Shown here piece after piece: positions 55,504 through 64,000 of a DNA stretch of 64,000 bases. Below the pieces are notes generated by a model, which was not told the origin of the DNA, did no database searches, and was given only the letters and a program-made list of their open reading frames with translations. Origin of the DNA: the human T2T-CHM13v2.0 reference genome, Homo sapiens; NCBI RefSeq assembly GCF_009914755.1, contig NC_060944.1. One strand, given 5' to 3'. Each line of letters begins with the position of its first letter. Within the stretch, counting starts at the first letter, position 1. A program made the position numbers and the translations under genes.

Positions 55504-56564
55504 AGAAAACAGCGAAGGTTAAGAAATCGCCCCACCTTTTATGTTCTGAGAACACTGAAAAAACCCCTCATATGACTTAGATAAGAGTCACAGTTGCCCA
55601 CCCCCATTTACCTATGATAAGGTCAGATACAGACCCTCAAACTCCCTTTCCTTGAGTCATAAGTGATGCACTGAACTTCCTGTCCCACTGATCAATTGGA
55701 ACAAAATGCTGGCTAACCACACTGTGGCAAAACATCTCTCCTTCTGAGCCAGTGCACAGCCCCTCCTGAGAACACTCTGGGATGTACCGTCTGGTCTCAA
55801 TCATGCCATCTCCACTCCTTCAAGCCACTTTCCCCACTTGGTTCTTTCTGGCCTTGTTGGCTCCCCTTCATAAAAGAAACGCCCTCTTTGCCTCACCCTT
55901 GTGACGCTGGCAGACCCCACAGTTGGAGTGATCTCCTTCCTGTGGCAATAGCCCTCTTCCCCATGCAAGAATCTTTTCCAATAACGTCTCTCCTTACTAA
56001 GACCGGATTAGTTTTCATCTGGTGCGTCACAGCCATGATATCGACAGTAGTCGGCACCATCCCCGCAACTGCGCACACACACCTGCCATGCCCCTTGTTG
56101 CCTGCGTGATCTAATTCTGTACAGCATTACTATTACCAGAAAGAGAGAGCAAATGGCAGAGAGAGAAACTGAGGTGCCAGGGCATCAGAAAGTGAATGAA
56201 GAAGTGCTGAAGCCATCCCAACTCACTCTGAGCCAAAATCTCCCCACTCTTCTGGTCGTGCACAATCCATCGATTCCTGAGTTTTGCACAGTGTTCCAGT
56301 GTTCCTCAGTGTCACAACTACCTCACCACCCTCCCCTGCAAGATCTCAGAGGCCTTTCCTCTGTGGTTGAATGATGAGCATCTACAATGCTTGTGAAAGA
56401 TTCTGTCAGTCTCCCAGAAGATCTGAGATTACCAGGTTCTGAGAATGAAGTGGGTCAATAAATAAAGTCAATTGGGGTGTGGCTCTGTAGAGTTGAGAGG
56501 GTGTGACAGAGACCCTGTTTCAACGGTGGCCATAGCAGTCCTGTCCTGAAGCTCTTCTCTGATG

Positions 56565-57312
56565 TGACCAATGTTCCTCCCACCCAGGGTTGGTCTACAC
56601 CCCCGCCCCTGAAAATGCGGGCTCTTGATGCCCCCAGGATGGACACAATGCTGTGTGACTTCTCAACTGAGCAAGACAACAAAAGGGGTCAGAGGCCACC
56701 AGTGTCTCCCTCCCTCTCGCCCTCCTCCTCCCCTTCCCCCATTCCCTCCTCTGTGTCTCCCTCCTCCTCCCCTTCCCCCACTCCCTCCTCTCTGTCTCCC
56801 TCCTCCTCCCCTTCCCCCACTCCCTCCTGTCTCCCTCCTCCTCCCCTTCCCCCACTCCCTCCTCTCTGTCTCCCTCCTCTCTGTCTCCCTCCCTCTCACC
56901 CTCCTCCTCCCCTGCCTTCCTCTCTCTCTTCATCTCTCCCTCTCTCCCCCTGTCTCCCTCTTCCTGCTCCTCCATCTCCCTTTCTATCTCTCTCCCCCGC
57001 TCCTCCATGCTTGCCCATGGAACCGGCCACCATGTTATAAAGAAGCCCAGTCCACATGGAGAGGCTCATGTGGTGTCCCAGCTGGAGCCAGCACCCTGTA
57101 GGCTTGTGGCTAGATGAGTCTTCAGAGATTCCAGTCTATGACCTTCACATCTTCCAGCTGAGGCCCATGATGGAGCAAAAGCAAGCCATCCCACTGTGCC
57201 ATGTCTGAACTTCTGACCCAGAGAAACTGTGGGAGATAGTAAAATGATCACTGTAGTTGGAAGCCCCCATGTTTAGAGGACATATGTTATGCAGTAAAGG
57301 ACAACCAATCCA
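56565..57312 (+). mobile_element. MaLR LTR (MLT1F/G-like) containing an expanded CT-rich repeat
   Basis: atgctgtgtgacttc..; ccaccatgtt..agaagccca..cacatggagagg..caagccatcccactgtgcc..tgaacttctgacccagagaaactgt..tgttatgcag. Confidence 0.75.
56704..57006. repeat. CT-rich tract with a ~35-39-bp higher-order unit (tctccctcctcctccccttcccccactccctcctctctg)
   Basis: Seen directly. Confidence 0.93.
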
Positions 57313-58339
57313 AGTGGAGATGGAGATGATATGCCAGTGGGTCAAAGCTCCACACCCTCCTTCTCCTGCCCCCTCACCTCTGCCCAGGCCACCCGCCAGC
57401 TTCTCATGCTCTGCCTGTCTCTCCTGCTCACTCTCTCACGGAAGGCCCCACTTCTCATGCCTGGTAAGGCTGCTCTCTTGTTTCTGCTACCAGTTCCTGT
57501 GGACCCATCTGCAGTCATCGCCGCCAGGTGTTCCTGCTTCAGCCGTCTCTGCAAGGCCACAGATCCAGCAGCCAAGAGTTGCGTACAGCCTGGCCATCTG
57601 TGAGAGATGTGGCTTCCCAATTAGAGGTGACATTTCAGACGAGTCAACCCAGGAGCCGCAGCCTCCGCACAAAGACGCACTGTGAATAATCACAGAGATA
57701 ACAAAGTGACTGCTAGAAAGAATTCATTAATTGGGATCATCTTCACCCCAGAAATACATGTGAACATGACATTTGACAGCATCTAAATTCTAATTTCACA
57801 CCTGTCTGCAGCCACTACCTCCTTTCTCCTTCAGCTCATCCACTCTGACACCTCCTGCTATCCATCCAGAGCTTCACCCAGACACCATCCCACCCCACCC
57901 CCACTTCCTCACCCTGCAACAGTCCCTCCTGCACCAGCCTGGGTTGCAAGACCCTGCAGGGAGCCCACCAGCCCCCACGACATGGGTGCATCCCACCTGC
58001 CCTGGGCCGGACTCTCCCTCCAGGCCTAGGACTGTGCATTCCTCATCTTCCCCCCATACTTGGTCCTACCCCTGCTCACGACCTTTGCTCCTATTTCACC
58101 CCAAAAAAGTAGAAACAGGGGCTGGCTCTACCCTTAGGCCTGGCTGCCTCTGCTGCCCCCAGTTGCTGGTAAGCCGAGGGTTCCACTGGCCTCGGGGACT
58201 CACACCCACCCACAGCTTCTCTGGGGCTGTGCCCCTTCCCTGGCCCTGGCTATCCCATCAGAGTCTGGCCTGCTCTCCACTTCTCTCTCGCCCTAAATGC
58301 TCTTTTCTTACCCGTGGAAGTTCTCACTATAGACACGTT

Positions 58340-59440
58340 CACCCATTCCCATAAACTCAAATAACCCTATAAGCCTAATGACTCCCTGTTATAAATCCAG
58401 ACCCATTTCTCCCCTCAGCTCCAGTTTTGATTTTCCAGGGTTTACCCCATGTGGATGCCTCATGAACTTTATACACAGAAGGGCTCACATGTGCTCTGGT
58501 TTCCTCCACACACGGTAGGTCAAGGCAGGAAAGGCGGTTCCTCCCTTTCCTCACCCCAACAGCAATGCCAGATTATGAAATCCCCAAAATGCAACTCACC
58601 CATGGCCCCTTTGCTCCGTTTTTCACTCCTGTCACCTTCCCTGACCACCACGACCTCTCTTCAAGTGCTTCAGATTGCGCCCATCCATTCCTACCCACCA
58701 CCACCCGCCCTGTCCCCCTCCCCTCCCACTCCAGCTCTCCAACCCATTTCCCACAGAGCCCGGGGAGGGGGGTGCCCTTTAATGTGCATGCATTACATCA
58801 CTGCTGCACCTGCAACTATTTTGACAGCTCCCATTAGGTATGAACAGCATTCCTCCCTGTTCCTTGCCACACCAGGCTAGGCGTGACCTGTCTCCAGAGG
58901 CTCCTCCAGCCTCATCCTATGCCACTCTGTGGCAGGAATGCCTTCCCACCAACCTTGTGCACCAGCCATGGGGTCCTCCTTCTGCTCCTTGAACACTCCC
59001 AAATCTAGTCTACCACAGGGCCTTTGCATTAGCAGGGCCTTTGCATTAGCTATTCTCTTTGCCTACAATGATCTTTCCCCCGATCTTCACGGACTTGGCT
59101 AAAAGCCTACTCTTAGAGGCCTTCTCTTGACAATCCTGTCTACACCCAGTCTTCCCTTTCTTACTTGCTAGTCACTCCTTCTTTGCAATTCCTTTATTTA
59201 TAAATAGGTCATGCAGGGTTCTAGGTTCTGTTCCCTTCATAACATACAATGTGCCCCAAATTTCTTTATCATCTTCTGTGTTTGTGTGTGTGTGTGTGAG
59301 CGTGTGTGTTATCTGTTTTGCCACCCAAGGGCAGGGCCATGACTCTTGTTTATTGCTGTATTTCACATTCAAAAGTACACACCTGGCAGTAAGTCGATGC
59401 CCAGTTACTATCTGTTGAACAAGCGAGTGAAAGAGTGAAT
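58340..59440 (+). mobile_element. L2 fragments
   Basis: atccagacccatttct..agctccag..; ccttgaacac..cagggcctttgcattagct..gaggccttctcttgac..agggcagggccatg..tatctgttgaa. Confidence 0.65.
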
Positions 59441-61538
59441 ATGTGTATGTCATGAGCAACACCAAGGACAGTGCAGAGTTTTCCTTTGTAATCCTGAACC
59501 CCAGAAGATGAAAAAGGATGAAAAACGTTGTCATCAATGTTTTCTATTGTGTGCGACCTCTCAGGGACATTGATAAACAGGACAAAAATGTAGAGACTTG
59601 TTAATCACAGGAAAAGAGCTGCCCTTTCTCCAGGGACTCAGGGGAGGAGGCGTCACTCTGACTTGTGCACTCTGTCTGCGACCTTCTGATAAAGAGCTGA
59701 CAAATCAAGTCAACTCAGACGGCTGTCATTTTGTGCGTTAGGAGGTGTTTGAGGTAACAGCTGTCTTTATTCCTAGGAGTGGTAAGGCAAGAAGGAGCTG
59801 TCAGTATTTCCCACACTGGAGGCTGCCTCAAATAAAAGCATTCCTGGTGTAAGGACAGCCATAGATGTTACTGCACTAACAGCAACCTGGTAACCTTTGT
59901 CACCAGGGTTCTCAGCTAACAACATCTTGGTTCATTGCTTTGACTGATGAAGCTCTGGAAACCTAAGTGATTTTCTTTGTGTTTGTCCTGGACGATGAGG
60001 CAAGCAGAGAAAGATAAATCAGAAAGTTCTTTGTAAAATATTGTCAGGTTCCCAAAATGATCCTTGGAAAAAAGGATATAGGCTTATCTGTCTTTACTTT
60101 TTAGAAATACAATTAATGACAGACACAGACTATTTTAGTGTCCCCACATCCTGTCTATCAAAGACAGGGAATCAGATTGTTCTTTCAAAGATTGCCCTGT
60201 TCATTTACTTTAAAAACATCTTGAGCACCCATCTTCAGCCAAACACTAAACTGGATCCCAAGAAATAGAAATGACCAAGACACAATCCTGATCTCCATGA
60301 TCAGGATTGCTGGTAAGTGAAGAAGGCAGAAAAATAAGCAAAAGATCCCAAAATGGCAGGATAGGACTGTGATGGAGGTGTTCCCAGGGCTTCACCAGAT
60401 GGGTAAGTGGAGGAGTGAGTGAAGGTAGCAGCAGAAGAGGCAGAGAGAGCTCTCGGGGGGGATGGATGACTGGAGGAGCTTCATTCTGGGCAAAGGCCAA
60501 GAATGTCAGTGCTGGAGGGTGACGGGATTCAGTAGACTGGCCTATGCTCTTTGTCCAAGGCTTGGCATCTAACATGTTTAAATGCAGAGCTCTGCCCACA
60601 GGAGGCCAGGCAAGGGAATGGTCAGTGCTGGAAACATACCTTTTATAGGAACTCGGTGGCCATAGTGTATGGCACCTTCTCTTTGTAGAGCACTCAATGA
60701 AGACATGCTTTTATTTGGTTATGCCCCATCTTCCCAAAGACCTGGAAAGCTCTTTCCTTCACCACTAACCCCCACCACCAAACATCTTTTGGAGACAATC
60801 CTAGCCCAGGCCCAGGGCCAGGTATTGAGGACACAAAGATGAGGAAGATGCCATCATCACCCCTCAGGTACAACAATCAAGCAGACCTTGAAGGCCAGGA
60901 CTTCCTTTATCTCCTTAAACCCCCACTGCATGCATAAAATAAAATGGGAAACTTACAAATCATTGTTGGCTGAGTTCCTTCCCCAACTCTGTCTTTCCCT
61001 TCATTCCTCCTGAATTCCAGCCAATGGCAGATTCACAGGGAACACACTTCCAGAAAGCAGAGAGCACAGAGCAAGGGAGTGGACGACAAATAGCAATGCT
61101 GAAACTTTCACCATGTTTGTCAGATGTCATAAACACTTAAAAAATGATTATACTGACTGTGATGACATTGGAATATGGAATAAAGAATTTTTATAATTGT
61201 TAAATATGTGAAGCGTACCCCAGACATCGTGATATGTCACCCCTAAATACTTGGTATGAGGACATTTTAAAAACTGACTCTGGTAGATTCAGGGCCATAT
61301 CTTCAGAACAAATAATAACAATAATAATCTTTGACACTGAAATAACATGTAGAAGGAATTAGATTTTTGGTGTAGAGCTAAGGAGTTCAAATATATATAT
61401 AAATATATTTGATATATATATATTTGATACATAAATATATATAAATATATTTGATATCTATATATTTTTTATATATATATATATATCCTTCAAGTTTTTA
61501 TATAGAGAGTGAATTTCATGGAGTGAGTAATTGAAGCT

Positions 61539-61831
61539 TTATTTAATTATTTATTTTACTTTCTGAGACAAGCTCTCATTTTGTCACCCAGGCTGGAGTA
61601 CAGTGGTGTGATCATAACTCATTGCGGCCTCGAACTCCTGGGCTCAACTGACTCTCCTGCCTCAGCCTCCCAAGTAGCTAGAACTATAGGTACACGCCAT
61701 TGCTCCCAGCTAATTTTTTTTAGAGACAGGGCCTTGTTATGTTGTCCAAGCTGGTATGAGACCTCAAGAGATCCTCCTGCCTCAGCCTCCCAAAGTGCTG
61801 GAATTACAGATGTGAGCCACTGTGTCCGGGC
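61539..61831 (-). mobile_element. AluJ
   Basis: gtcacccaggctggagtacagtggtgtgatcataactcattgc..tcctgggctcaa..cccaaagtgctgg. Confidence 0.92.
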
Positions 61832-61956
61832 AACAGCAGTTAAACTTAGATTGTCATTTATTTACTTACTCTCAATACAGAGTAGTTGATGCTGCTGTCA
61901 AAGTAGAAGAAATAGCCCCAGAGAACCTTTCAGCCACTCTCAATAAGTTGGTCTAG

Positions 61957-62440
61957 TGTCTGTCTGTTTCAGTTATCTATTGCTGTGTAACAAACCAACC
62001 CAATGCTTGTGGCTTAAAATAACAATGTACTATATATATCACAGTTCTGTGGGTTGCCTAGGCAATTCTCCTGTACTAGTCAGGGTTTGCTGCTGTGGCT
62101 ATCTTCAGCTGATGGCTGGGCTGGGCTGGGCTGGACAGCCCAGGATGACCTTGCCCCCACGTCTGGTTGGCACTGGTGGTGGCTGCTGGCTGGAATGTCT
62201 CAGTCTTCTTCCCACAGGCTGCACCATACTTCCACCTATCATGGAGGTCTCAGGCTCCAAGAGAGTGAGAATGGGAGTTCTCGAGACCAGAACTAGAATG
62301 TCATTCCTCCAGTCTGCTGGTCAAAGCAATTCCCAGGGCTAATCCAAATTAGAGGCTTCACTTCTTGCTGGGAAGAACAGCAACTTCACGTCGCAGAGGG
62401 GTGTAGCCCTAAGAGGCTTCGCTGGGAACCATTTCACTAT
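61957..62440 (-). mobile_element. MaLR LTR (MLT1G/H-like)
   Basis: tcagttatctattgctgtgtaacaaacc..gtggcttaaaataaca..tcacagttctgtgggtt..tctgctggtcaaagcaa. Confidence 0.75.
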
Positions 62441-64000
62441 AAGCATGTGTCACAGTGCCAGGAAAAGCACAAAGGAACCTCAGGATGTGCAACATTTAGG
62501 CCTCTGCTAAAGGTTGAAAGGAAGGGAGATATTCCCCAAGAGATCCTCTGATGATCAAGGGGACAGGCTGCTACACATGGGAGGGATGCCTGGCTCCCGT
62601 GTCAAAGCTGCACATTTGCTATGTCTCATTAAGGTGTTTCCTTCAAATTCCTGGGGAAATGACCATCGGCATGTCTCCCTATGGCCTTCACTAGAAATGC
62701 TTTTTCACTCAGAAATACAATTACAAACAAGCATGCATCCAGGGAGTACAACCCCAGCCGGCATGTGTCAATGCATCAGCCGCCGGTTCAGTGAATAGAA
62801 CTATGAGAAAACGTGTTTTTCTGGTCTCACTTTGGGCTGAAGGTCAGTTTCATTCCCATTCAAAGAGAGCGTCGGGTCACCCAAGGCTCCTCCACACCCT
62901 GGCTGATCCAAACAAACATGCTGTTCTTGGCAGACCAAAACTCCTGTCTCTGCAGGATTGCTCTCTGGAGTCCAGCGTTTTCATGCTCCATCTCCAAAAT
63001 GGGGCCACGAGGGAAATTGCTCAAGACACAGAGTTTTGATCAGCACAAAATATACCCCTCCTGAGAACATGAGCACACATGGAGAGCCATGTACACCAGG
63101 TGAGAACCAGCTTCAGTCCCATCTCCGTGCCCTTTCCCATCAGCCAGTCCTGCCCAAGCAGGGACATTCGCCCCACTTTCTAAACAAGCACACTGAATTC
63201 AACAATATTCTGGCAAGTCATGAAGAGCCGTTGTCTCGTTCATTTTGGTCCCACCATCACCTGGCAAGATTTCAATGCACTCTGGCTGCAGGCTCCTCCT
63301 GCTGAGATCATTCCTGTGTATCCCCGACACATCCACCCTCATTCATTTCCCCTGTCCTCACAGACCAATCCAGGGTACCTGGAACAGTCAGGGACCTTGT
63401 TTGCAAGCAACAGAGTCTGAAGCTGGCTAAGGCAGGCCAAAAGGGAAATTTCAATAGAAAGCTGTCTAAGAGCTCACAGAATCAATGCACAGTTTGGCAA
63501 CCAGTCTTACATGTTCCTCTGGGTATATCATGCACCCCTAATGTGGCTGAGAGGTTCCAAGAAGCCTCTGCTGTTTAATAACATCTACACTGAGACCTGA
63601 GAGATGTACAAGACTCACCAGTGCAAGGTATCAGGAGGACCCAGCAGAGCCACTCCCTGCCAGCCTCCCTCAGTTTCCATCAGCTCTCTTGCACCAGACA
63701 TCACTGGGCTTCCAGACCTTACACCACCTAGGGATGTCCTAGTCTGGTCTTGGGGAAGTAGTGCTCCTTTGGGAGTCAGGAAATCGAAATATTTTTTCCT
63801 GCCCCAGGATCCAGGGAATGACACTACTCAGCTATGGGCTTAGTTCCTTCCAGATATGGAAGCATGTGGACTTTGTGACTTTGAAGGCCCACCCAGTCTT
63901 ATGTTCTATTTAGCAGCAGAGAATCCCAGCTTCTCTGTGTTCTACCTCCAGCTTTATAGAATCATGGCATGTTTTGCAGAGTAGTCACTGTGACTACTAC

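Overview
Primate (human or great-ape-type) genomic DNA, mostly intergenic or intronic and densely filled with interspersed repeats: Alu, L1PA/L1M, L2, MIR, MaLR/ERVL/ERV1/ERVK LTRs, and Tigger and hAT DNA transposons. There are also several micro- and minisatellites. I find no intact cellular protein-coding gene, RNA gene or CRISPR array. The only ORFs with recognisable products are two C-terminal LINE-1 ORF2 fragments and a decayed Tigger1 transposase. The most informative signals are four non-canonical L1-mediated insertions: (1) a young L1PA2-class element carrying a ~650-bp 3' transduction with its own AATAAA and poly(A), splitting a MIR; (2) a TSD-flanked, A-tailed mosaic of older repeats inside Tigger1; (3) a processed ERV1 (MER61-like) RNA copy with R-U5-PBS-leader//U3-R-A(n) structure; (4) a tiny polyadenylated LTR R-region retrocopy. 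Several templated-insertion and template-switch scars are also present. Repeat family names come from recalled consensus sequences, not from a database search, so subfamily labels are provisional. I see no convincing new biological system. One speculative decayed-gene hypothesis is listed at low confidence.
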